Source: Alphaproteobacteria bacterium (GTDB lineage Bacteria > Pseudomonadota > Alphaproteobacteria > Rs-D84). From it: DNA of 36,367 nucleotides. The stretch lies in NCBI GenBank assembly GCA_017425725.1, contig JAFOXU010000018.1:1-36367 (forward strand), read 5' to 3'. The notes under the pieces were generated by a model that did not search any database, had not been told where the DNA came from, and saw only the letters and a program-made list of their open reading frames with translations. This document shows, piece after piece, positions 14,924 through 21,608 of the stretch; the first letter of the stretch is position 1; every line of letters starts with the position of its first letter. Both the position numbers and the translations under genes were made by a program.

Positions 14924-14952
14924 TTGACAATCTTATAAGATTATCTTATAAT
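14924..14952 (+). promoter_or_regulatory. PR-like early-right promoter, consensus TTGACA-17-TATAAT
   Basis: TTGACAatcttataagattatctTATAAT. The spacer is nearly the same as in PL. Confidence 0.7.
14936..14948. promoter_or_regulatory. Operator copy 3 (TAAGA-TTA-TCTTA) inside the PR spacer
   Basis: Same half-sites as the PL operators. It overlaps a second perfect palindrome, atcttataagat (14930-14941). Confidence 0.55.
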
Positions 14953-14976
14953 GCTATACAAGAAAGGGGACACAGT

Positions 14977-15102
14977 ATGTTGCAAAAGATTTCAAAATCG
15001 CAGAAATTAAATACAAATGCTTTTGTAGCATATACCAAAACTTTCACAAAGTTTTTAGCCGTAGGTATTTATTATACCACGGCTTTTTTGCTTGTCAACT
15101 AG
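14977..15102 (+). CDS. Possible 41-aa leader ORF after PR (no HTH, hydrophobic C-terminus)
   Basis: ATG 25 nt after the -10 element, with a GAAAGGGGA SD. The sequence MLQKISKSQKLNTNAFVAYTKTFTKFLAVGIYYTTAFLLVN does not look Cro-like. Confidence 0.3.
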   Translation: MLQKISKSQKLNTNAFVAYTKTFTKFLAVGIYYTTAFLLVN

Positions 15103-15115
15103 GGCAAGTAAAAAC

Positions 15116-15162
15116 GGGATCACGGAAAAATCTCCTTCCTATTCTTGTAACATCGTGATCCC
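15116..15162 (+). promoter_or_regulatory. Leader hairpin 1 (9-bp perfect stem gggatcacg / cgtgatccc, 29-nt loop)
   Basis: Read directly. No U-tract follows, so it is not a simple terminator. Confidence 0.45.
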
Positions 15163-15178
15163 AACAAAAGTTTCCGAT

Positions 15179-15204
15179 GGGGTGGCCATCCAATCCTCCA
15201 CCCC
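15179..15204 (+). promoter_or_regulatory. Leader hairpin 2 (ggggtgg / ccacccc, 12-nt loop containing ccaatcc)
   Basis: Read directly. The loop motif ccaatcc is complementary to GGATTGG copies at 15220 and 15240. Confidence 0.4.
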
Positions 15205-15249
15205 AAAGGATTAAGAAAGGGATTGGAAAGGGAAACGAAGGATTGGATA

Positions 15250-15915
15250 ATGAAACTTTTTATAGATACAAATTGGTATGATATGATTCAAGATTTACCA
15301 CAAGAAAAGCAAATCGAAATTATGCGTGCTGTTTTTGCTTTTCCTAATGGCGATTCTGATACACATATTTGGAAAAAAGTTATTAAACCACAACTAGAAC
15401 AATCCGCAAAATTATATAAAGAAAAATATGAAAGATTTGCTGAAAATCGTAAAAAAAGATGGCAACAGAAATCTGAACAGATATCTGATCAGAAATCTGA
15501 ACAGATTTCGAACAGATATCAAAATGTAAATGTAAAAGATAATAATAATACTAGGAAAGAATCTAGTAAAGAATCCACTACGCGTGCGCATAATGCACTT
15601 GAAGTATTTGGTAATTCTTTCAAGGCAACTGATGCTGTTGTTGATATATTTGACCGTCCTGATGGAACTACACGCGAAGGCATCCGTATTAAAAATCCAC
15701 GCCTTATGGCTTTCGTTCGCCAAAGATTTGATAGTAACGTTTTATCAAAAGTGTCCGATTGGGCTATTGATCACAACCAACGTGGTCACACTTACAACGC
15801 TACATCATTACTGAAATTGCTTTGCAAATTCCAAAGCAATGTTGAACCCACAATCAACTTTAACAGTGTTCAGGCGGAATATCTAACGTTTGAATACAAA
15901 CAACCGCAAAAGTAG
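15250..15915 (+). CDS. Early protein, putative replication organiser/initiator (function inferred)
   Basis: ATG at 15250 with an AAGGA SD, preferred over the TTG at 15223. First substantial gene of the PR operon. It contains iteron-like repeats. No helicase, primase or polymerase gene is present elsewhere. Confidence 0.6.
   Translation: MKLFIDTNWYDMIQDLPQEKQIEIMRAVFAFPNGDSDTHIWKKVIKPQLEQSAKLYKEKYERFAENRKKRWQQKSEQISDQKSEQISNRYQNVNVKDNNNTRKESSKESTTRAHNALEVFGNSFKATDAVVDIFDRPDGTTREGIRIKNPRLMAFVRQRFDSNVLSKVSDWAIDHNQRGHTYNATSLLKLLCKFQSNVEPTINFNSVQAEYLTFEYKQPQK
15466..15517 (+). repeat. Iteron-like direct repeats inside the replication-organiser gene
   Basis: The 17-mer cagaaatctgaacagat occurs at 15466 and 15490 (24-bp register, encoding KSEQIS twice). 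GAACAGAT occurs at 15475, 15499 and 15510. Each unit contains the inverted repeat atctg-aa-cagat. Confidence 0.6.
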
Positions 15916-15925
15916 GAGGCATACT

Positions 15926-16177
15926 ATGAAACTGAGAGTATATTCAACATCTGGCCCAGCATGGCAACCAGTCAAAAACGGCAAACCATACAACAAATTT
16001 GTCGGCACAATCCAATTTTCTGACGTTGAACGCGTAATGTTTGGTAAACGCTACAACGCGACAGTGTCTGGCGACACACGTGAACAAGTGATAGAAAAAC
16101 TTGATAAATACTATATCGGCGAAATCGTTGATATTAACCCAGAAAAATTACATGGACTTATGGGGGGTGACCAATGA
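15926..16177 (+). CDS. Hypothetical protein, 83 aa
   Basis: ATG at 15926 with an AGGAGG SD. ATGA coupling to the next gene. Confidence 0.6.
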   Translation: MKLRVYSTSGPAWQPVKNGKPYNKFVGTIQFSDVERVMFGKRYNATVSGDTREQVIEKLDKYYIGEIVDINPEKLHGLMGGDQ

Positions 16178-16407
16178 AATACAGACCAGCGGACACCGTC
16201 CATATCGAAACCACATACAACACACTACGCCACAGTATCTTAACTGCCCTGGAACGTGATACCGGCAACTTTGATATTGTGGATGAAATACTGCGTGTTT
16301 TGTCTATACGCGTTAATAAACGAAATAACGCGTCTGTGTGGGCAAATAATTTTCGTGGCACAACTACACCAATAAAACACATAATGCGTGTCACGACACG
16401 AATTTAA
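16174..16407 (+). CDS. Hypothetical protein, 77 aa
   Basis: G-rich SD and ATGA overlap with the previous gene. Confidence 0.55.
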   Translation: MKYRPADTVHIETTYNTLRHSILTALERDTGNFDIVDEILRVLSIRVNKRNNASVWANNFRGTTTPIKHIMRVTTRI

Positions 16408-16420
16408 GGGGGTAATTACG

Positions 16421-16843
16421 ATGTTTTTTAAATCAACTACACCTTATCGTGAAATACAGAACTGGATAACGGTTCAACTGCCTGCGGTATATCAATCTGC
16501 CAAGAACGGAATTGATATTGAAATCAAACCACATCACAACAAACGCAGCAATCAACAAAATCGGTTTTTAATGGCCATTATGGTTGCGCTGGTGCGGTTC
16601 TGTAATGAAACAGGATATATACCTGCCGGGCTTTGCCGTTGGGTTATTCGACCAACCGTCTTGAAAGAATACTGGAAAGGCAGATACGGTATAACCATAA
16701 CCCAAAACATGGACACTGTCGCGTTTGGTCGCTTTATCGACTTTATCCAGCGCACACTGGTCGAAGAAACATCTGGCGAATGGGAAGTTTTAACCCCAGA
16801 TTCCGCATATATCCAATCACTTTTAGCCGAAGGGGGATTTTGA
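16421..16843 (+). CDS. NinB/Orf-family recombination mediator-like protein
   Basis: HHNKRSNQQNRFLMAIM resembles lambda NinB ERNRSLDQNRKLWACL. ITQNMDTVAFGRFIDFIQ resembles STSRMRVGEFAELLELIQ. ATG at 16421 with an AAGGGGG SD. Confidence 0.55.
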   Translation: MFFKSTTPYREIQNWITVQLPAVYQSAKNGIDIEIKPHHNKRSNQQNRFLMAIMVALVRFCNETGYIPAGLCRWVIRPTVLKEYWKGRYGITITQNMDTVAFGRFIDFIQRTLVEETSGEWEVLTPDSAYIQSLLAEGGF

Positions 16844-17544
16844 TGCTAGACGAATACATAAATCGTATTATCAATGCCGATTGCCTTGACATCTTAAAAC
16901 AGTTGCCAGACAAGTGTGTTGATTTGGTGCTTACTGACCCACCTTATGGCGGTGGTGGAAAAGAAAAAGCATTTGCAGACGGCGATAATCGCTTTGGTGG
17001 CAGGTTTGATAAATATAAAGCACAAGAAATAAAATGCGTCAGAACTGGCGGTAATTGGAACCATAAATACGAAGATATTCAAAAAATAACTGATTGGGAC
17101 TACGCACCTTCACAGGAAGTATTTGATCATATTTTTCGTGTTTCAAAAAATCAAATTATCTGGGGGGGGAATTACTTCGATTTACCGCCAACACGGTGTT
17201 TTAACGTATGGAAAAAATTAACAATATCGGAAAATTTCACAATGGCAATGGCAGAGTACGCATGGACAAGTTTTAATGATAACGCAAAAGTATGGGAATT
17301 TGCACCACAAGATTCCGAACGCTTTCATAAAACACAAAAACCGCTTGGCTTGATAATGAAACAGATTGAACTGTATTCCAAACCTGGCGATTTAATCCTT
17401 GATTGTTTTTCTGGTTCCGGTACTACCGCAGTCGCTTGTCACAAATTAGGCAGGCGGTTTATTTGTGTCGAATTAAACCCTTATTATTACGAAAAATCAG
17501 TCGAACGGCTGGAACAAGAACAACGCCAACAGACATTGTTTTAG
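16843..17544 (+). CDS. DNA methyltransferase 1 (beta-class, DPPY motif; probably N6-adenine)
   Basis: Starts at an ATG overlapping the NinB-like stop (TGATG). Motif IV is LTDPPYG near the N-terminus. TQKP and motif I DCFSGSGTT lie near the C-terminus. Confidence 0.85.
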   Translation: MLDEYINRIINADCLDILKQLPDKCVDLVLTDPPYGGGGKEKAFADGDNRFGGRFDKYKAQEIKCVRTGGNWNHKYEDIQKITDWDYAPSQEVFDHIFRVSKNQIIWGGNYFDLPPTRCFNVWKKLTISENFTMAMAEYAWTSFNDNAKVWEFAPQDSERFHKTQKPLGLIMKQIELYSKPGDLILDCFSGSGTTAVACHKLGRRFICVELNPYYYEKSVERLEQEQRQQTLF

Positions 17545-17554
17545 GAGGTACAAA

Positions 17555-17737
17555 ATGACCAAACAAAAAGAATATTTTGATAAAGAATACCTAGATCTTC
17601 TTTTTAATTCTTTTTATGGCCCGAACAGCGCATTAAGAGCCATTATACGTGAAGACCTTAAACAAATACACAAACATCGCCATTTGCGTAACCCAAAGCC
17701 AAAAACATATGGCCCAACACAAAGGAAACGCGCATGA
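17555..17737 (+). CDS. Hypothetical basic protein, 60 aa
   Basis: AGGAGG SD and ATGA coupling to the VRR-NUC gene. Confidence 0.55.
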   Translation: MTKQKEYFDKEYLDLLFNSFYGPNSALRAIIREDLKQIHKHRHLRNPKPKTYGPTQRKRA

Positions 17738-18087
17738 CACAGACCGAACATTCCTTACAAAAGCAAATTGTCCAATTATTTCGCACGATGGGATTCAAAG
17801 TATTTGTGCTTGATGCCGTCACTGGTGTTGGATACTTCCGCCAAGACGATAAAAAACGCTTTGCTTTTCTGGCTGATCTGAAAGCACGCGGTTATACCAA
17901 GGGTCAACCTGACCTTTGTGTTGTCCGCAACAAAGTATGGTTTATCGAACTTAAAAAGACACCGAAATCAAAGATTGGTGCTGAACAACTGGATATGCAG
18001 GACTGGCTTCACGAACATGGCCACAATGCTGCAATTATCAGCAGTATTGAAGAAGCCATGCGGATAGCAAACAACCCACTAAATTAA
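17734..18087 (+). CDS. VRR-NUC domain nuclease
   Basis: GQPDLCVV...WFIELKK...Q...L...G matches the VRR-NUC catalytic core (PD...E.K). Confidence 0.75.
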   Translation: MTQTEHSLQKQIVQLFRTMGFKVFVLDAVTGVGYFRQDDKKRFAFLADLKARGYTKGQPDLCVVRNKVWFIELKKTPKSKIGAEQLDMQDWLHEHGHNAAIISSIEEAMRIANNPLN

Positions 18088-18099
18088 CAGGAGGCATAA

Positions 18100-18771
18100 A
18101 TGATAGACCAATATATAAACAAAATTATAAATGCTGATTGTTTGGACATATTAAAGCAGTTGCCAGATAAGTGTGTTGATTTGGTGCTTACTGACCCACC
18201 GTATGGGATTGGTTATGATAAAAAAGCCACTAGATATAATGGAACGTTTCAAGGAAACGGGTTGGCTAGACGTGGCGTTTATAAAGAATGTGATTGGGAT
18301 AAAAAAACGCCAGACAAAGAAGTGTTTGATGAAATTTTAAGAATTAGCAAAACACAAATTATATTTGGTGGAAATTATTTTGCAAATATGTTGCCAAATA
18401 GTAAACATTGGATTGTTTGGGATAAACAAACAAATGGAGATTGGGCAGATTGCGAACTTGCTTGGACATCGTTTGGTAAACCTGTAAAAAAATATGAATA
18501 TCTGTGGAATGGTATGTTGCAAGAAAATATGAAAGAAAAAGAAATACGCATACACCCAACGCAAAAGCCAGTTGGTTTATTTATGAAAATCTTACAAGAT
18601 TACAGCAAAGAAAACGACCTTGTCCTTGATTGTTTCAGCGGCTCAGGCACAACAGCAGTTGCCTGCCACAAACTCAAACGCAGGTTTATCTGTATTGAAA
18701 AAGACCCTGAATACTGGAAAGCCAGTTGCGAACGATTAGAACAGGCACAACGCCAACAAACACTATTTTAA
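18100..18771 (+). CDS. DNA methyltransferase 2 (paralogue of MTase 1 with a different central region)
   Basis: The same N-terminal INADCLDILKQLPDKCVDLVLTDPPYG and C-terminal LDCFSGSGTTAVACHKL.RRFIC...ERLEQ.QRQQTLF as MTase 1. The middle 110-130 aa diverge. Confidence 0.85.
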   Translation: MIDQYINKIINADCLDILKQLPDKCVDLVLTDPPYGIGYDKKATRYNGTFQGNGLARRGVYKECDWDKKTPDKEVFDEILRISKTQIIFGGNYFANMLPNSKHWIVWDKQTNGDWADCELAWTSFGKPVKKYEYLWNGMLQENMKEKEIRIHPTQKPVGLFMKILQDYSKENDLVLDCFSGSGTTAVACHKLKRRFICIEKDPEYWKASCERLEQAQRQQTLF

Positions 18772-18795
18772 CACATACACACAAAAGGACAGGAA

Positions 18796-18990
18796 ATGGA
18801 ACTTAATAAATGTTTTTACTGCAAACAAACGCCAACAATCGTTAGATTGCCGGGCGACCTGTTTTACGTGCAATGTACGTGTGACAAACATGGGTTATAT
18901 GATTACCTTGGCGCAACAAAAAATCTTGCGATTGACGCATGGAATCGTGGCAACTATTCACGATCACAGTATAACAAAGGGGGGGAATAA
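18796..18990 (+). CDS. Lar-family restriction-alleviation-like protein
   Basis: 64 aa. CFYC...YVQC.C...AIDAWNRG matches the Lar pattern (CPFCG...y.v.C..C...Ai.aWNrR). Confidence 0.55.
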   Translation: MELNKCFYCKQTPTIVRLPGDLFYVQCTCDKHGLYDYLGATKNLAIDAWNRGNYSRSQYNKGGE

Positions 18991-19424
18991 TGCGAAAGAA
19001 ACAAACAAAATATCCCGAACTTGACCGCTGGTTTAACGAAGGTCTTTTTGTCCGCCGCCAATTCAACGGTCAATCGTTTTCAGTGGCACAGCAACTATGG
19101 TACGTAAACCACCTGCGTGATCGCTATTTAACAAACGATGGTGTTGGTTGTATCTGGGATTTTGGAAAGGTCGGTGGTGGTTCTGACGTTCCATTTATCG
19201 AAAGGTTTGGCTGGATGCGCGCAAAGATTCTTGACGGGTTCAAACATGTTCCAAATGCCGATTTGCGTGACGTTATGTGTGCAATGATTTTGTGTGAACA
19301 AAAACCGTTGCCGTCTGCACATGAAATCGCACGTTGGTCGGGCTTTGCTTGGGAACAGTTTAAATACGATTTTGCCCGTGGTTTATTTGAAATGAACAAA
19401 GCAAAGGTGGGAATGCATGTATAA
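18990..19424 (+). CDS. Hypothetical protein, 144 aa (candidate late regulator by position only)
   Basis: Purine-rich SD and TAATG coupling. No motif recognised. Confidence 0.6.
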   Translation: MRKKQTKYPELDRWFNEGLFVRRQFNGQSFSVAQQLWYVNHLRDRYLTNDGVGCIWDFGKVGGGSDVPFIERFGWMRAKILDGFKHVPNADLRDVMCAMILCEQKPLPSAHEIARWSGFAWEQFKYDFARGLFEMNKAKVGMHV

Positions 19425-19683
19425 ATACGATCTAAAAAACAATCCGGATATCGCACGGGAACGGCACAACGCACAAAACCGTGAATGGTATCGTAAACAC
19501 CGCGAACAAAAAATGGAATATCAACGACAATACAGACAAAGGAAGAAAAAACAATACAGACCCTTAACAGAAATAGATTTGAAATGGTCTTTAATGACCG
19601 GCAAATCAATCCCTGTTGTTGAAATCAACGGAAAATATTACGTAGATATAGAACGAGATATAAAAGGATTAACAAATGATTAA
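19417..19683 (+). CDS. Hypothetical basic protein, 88 aa
   Basis: AAAGGTGGG SD. Arg/Lys/Gln-rich N-terminal half. Confidence 0.55.
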   Translation: MYKYDLKNNPDIARERHNAQNREWYRKHREQKMEYQRQYRQRKKKQYRPLTEIDLKWSLMTGKSIPVVEINGKYYVDIERDIKGLTND

Positions 19684-19837
19684 ACCAATCGACCTTACAC
19701 GCAAACGCAGTTTTGGATACATTAACTGGTATTCTGACCGCACCGAAGAAAGACCTGGTGTCGAAGTGCTTGAAAAAAAGATTAACGAAATAATTGAAGC
19801 AATTAACTATCTGTTAACAAGAAAGGATAAGAAATGA
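19676..19837 (+). CDS. Small ORF, 53 aa
   Basis: AAGGA SD. It overlaps both neighbours by a few nt. Below the track cutoff. Confidence 0.4.
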   Translation: MIKPIDLTRKRSFGYINWYSDRTEERPGVEVLEKKINEIIEAINYLLTRKDKK

Positions 19838-20007
19838 CAAAAACAACTGAAAATATACTAATTGCTATAATAGAAATAGTTACAGGAATTATAACTATTG
19901 CTATTTTTGCTGCTTTTATATGGTTCCGCGCATGGCAGGCAGATTATAATTTTCGCTGCTTTACTGCCAATGATCCTGCGACATGTGCAACCATTAAAAA
20001 CAAATAA
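19834..20007 (+). CDS. Small membrane protein, 57 aa, last gene of the rightward operon
   Basis: AAGGA SD. One TM segment (ILIAIIEIVTGIITIAIFAAFIW). A strong terminator follows directly. Confidence 0.45.
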   Translation: MTKTTENILIAIIEIVTGIITIAIFAAFIWFRAWQADYNFRCFTANDPATCATIKNK

Positions 20008-20010
20008 AAA

Positions 20011-20040
20011 AACCACCCTTTCGGGTGGTTGCACTTTTTT
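20011..20040. terminator. Bidirectional intrinsic terminator between the convergent early-right and late transcription units
   Basis: aaccaccc-tttc-gggtggtt stem-loop flanked by an A-run on one side and a T-run on the other. Confidence 0.8.
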
Positions 20041-20128
20041 AACACATTATCATAACAAAGCGGAGAACCTCTTTGTTACATCCATCATTTTAAAATACGT
20101 TTTGCCTTTCTGCAAGCAGATTATATTC

Positions 20129-20515
20129 CTATGGCTTGAACACACGATTAAACGATGCTGGTGCATAAATAGACAAATGGCACCACGTTTTCGTGTATTC
20201 TGGTGATTCCATCCACAAACCGCATTCTACTAACTTGTTCGGATTTGCTTTTAACCATGCTTTCAATTTACCGTCTGCGTCTGCTATGTCCACTGCTGCA
20301 CCATACAAATGCGATGAACCCATTGCGGACGGATTTATACGCTTCTGGTCTGCCAGTGATCGCAGGCACGATGATGCATTGCGCGGTGGTGTAAAGCCCA
20401 ATTTGTTTAACTTATTGCAAAGATCTTTCAAATTACGCATTGTTACCGCATCAACTTCGCTTTCTTTCCATTTATGTTGACCGGCGTTTAATAATTCTTG
20501 AACCGTGAACTTCAC
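20129..20515 (-). CDS. Endolysin, peptidase M15 (VanY / L-alanyl-D-glutamate peptidase-like)
   Basis: 128 aa. SCLRS...SSHLYGAAVDIAD...WCHLS gives the H-x-D...H zinc-ligand pattern of M15 peptidases. GTG start with an AAAGGGGA SD. Confidence 0.75.
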   Translation of the reverse strand: MKFTVQELLNAGQHKWKESEVDAVTMRNLKDLCNKLNKLGFTPPRNASSCLRSLADQKRINPSAMGSSHLYGAAVDIADADGKLKAWLKANPNKLVECGLWMESPEYTKTWCHLSIYAPASFNRVFKP

Positions 20516-20533
20516 TTTAATCCCCTTTGGTTA

Positions 20534-20558
20534 TAAAAAAATACCGCCGTGGCGGTAT
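20534..20558 (-). terminator. Intrinsic terminator immediately upstream of the endolysin gene
   Basis: ataccgc/gcggtat stem followed on the minus RNA by seven U. It lies between the 60-aa gene and the endolysin gene. Confidence 0.65.
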
Positions 20559-20578
20559 CTCTTCCTGATTTGTTATCT

Positions 20579-20761
20579 TTAATAACATTGTTCTTCTGCA
20601 TATTCTCTGGTTGCACCAGTTAACAGAATATTATCAATACAATTTTGTTCTACATGTGAATCAACAGCAGACATCCAGGCAATAAACGCAAACTCAGCAC
20701 CATAAGCCAACACAAACGGTGCAACTGCAAATAATAAAATCTTTCCGATCAATCTTTTCAT
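20579..20761 (-). CDS. Small secreted/membrane protein, 60 aa
   Basis: N-terminal signal-like segment KILLFAVAPFVLAYG and a second hydrophobic stretch. ATGA coupling to the upstream gene. Confidence 0.5.
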   Translation of the reverse strand: MKRLIGKILLFAVAPFVLAYGAEFAFIAWMSAVDSHVEQNCIDNILLTGATREYAEEQCY

Positions 20762-21267
20762 TTATTGAACCTTGGATCAAATGCACCTGCTGTCGTTCCT
20801 TCATATGGAAAAACTTGACTGACAGGCACACCTGGATTATTTAACGCCATTATAACTGCGTTTATATTGTTTTGCAAGTCCTTTTTGCTGTCTGCTGCTA
20901 TTTTCTTGTCACTCCATCCTTGAAAGTACTTTTTCTTGATTCTATCAAATCGTTCTTTTTCTTCGCCTAAACGTAAAGCATATTCGGCTGCTTCTGGGCC
21001 AAGTTGTGCAGCATTATACATACCACGGCTATGATAAAAATTATCTAATTTTGTGCCATCAAAGCCCTTTGCACCCAATGGTATATTTTCTCGGTTGTAC
21101 TGATTAACCGCGTCTGACACATAATTCATTGCAATATATTCATCGGCTAATCTTTTTATAACTTTGGCTTTATTTGCCATTTGTTTAAATACATTTGGTC
21201 TTTCTGTGTTTTCTCTGGCTCTGACTAATGCATCTGCCAGTTTTTGTGTTATTTCTTCGTTTTCCAT
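20758..21267 (-). CDS. Serum-amyloid-A-like domain protein, 169 aa
   Basis: DNFYHSRGMYNAAQLGPEAAEYA against vertebrate SAA [23 protein letters not shown] gives 10 of 19 identities plus conservative changes. A downstream acidic/Ala block resembles SAA EDSLADQAAN. Confidence 0.45.
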   Translation of the reverse strand: MENEEITQKLADALVRARENTERPNVFKQMANKAKVIKRLADEYIAMNYVSDAVNQYNRENIPLGAKGFDGTKLDNFYHSRGMYNAAQLGPEAAEYALRLGEEKERFDRIKKKYFQGWSDKKIAADSKKDLQNNINAVIMALNNPGVPVSQVFPYEGTTAGAFDPRFNK

Positions 21268-21268
21268 C

Positions 21269-21589
21269 TTAAAACACCTTTCTTCTGATTATGAAAAATA
21301 TTGCCAGGCAAAGCGCAACGAACAACCCGGCGGAAGACAAACGCCAATAATCCGTTTCCGCTTTGCATTTGGCAATTTCTACTGCGTGCGCTTGCTCTGC
21401 TGAAAGCAACCCTGCACGACAGGTTTTTAACGCTTCTTTTGCTTTGTTAATGTCTGGGTTCTTACCCAAATCAACCAATGCACAATCGACCAACTGTACA
21501 TGTTCGTCAACAATGTGACTGGTCGCTGTTTTGTGCATACACCCACTTAACAAAAACGTCAAAATTAACAAAACTGTAAAATGTTTCAT
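21269..21589 (-). CDS. Lipoprotein with C-terminal TM anchor (unimolecular-spanin-like architecture)
   Basis: Lipobox LLSGC at residues 13-17 after a signal peptide. C-terminal TM segment GLFVALCLAIFFII followed by RRK. Confidence 0.5.
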   Translation of the reverse strand: MKHFTVLLILTFLLSGCMHKTATSHIVDEHVQLVDCALVDLGKNPDINKAKEALKTCRAGLLSAEQAHAVEIAKCKAETDYWRLSSAGLFVALCLAIFFIIRRKVF

Positions 21590-21608
21590 ACTGTCTTCCT
21601 TTGGTTTT

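Noticed and set aside
16633-16842. Upstream extension of methyltransferase 1 to a 303-aa ORF
   Set aside because: The extension overlaps the NinB-like gene in another frame and begins at a non-ATG start. The paralogue at 18100 starts at the homologous MxDxYIN position, supporting the ATG at 16843.
19124-19609. 161-aa minus-strand ORF
   Set aside because: It is antisense to two coupled plus-strand early genes in a block where every other gene is plus-strand. It has no SD and hydrophobic low-complexity content.
20053-20078. Second hairpin (taacaaag / ctttgtta, 10-nt loop) between the bidirectional terminator and the endolysin stop
   Set aside because: It has no adjacent U-tract on either strand. 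It may only add stability to the 3-prime end, and the evidence is insufficient to call it a feature.
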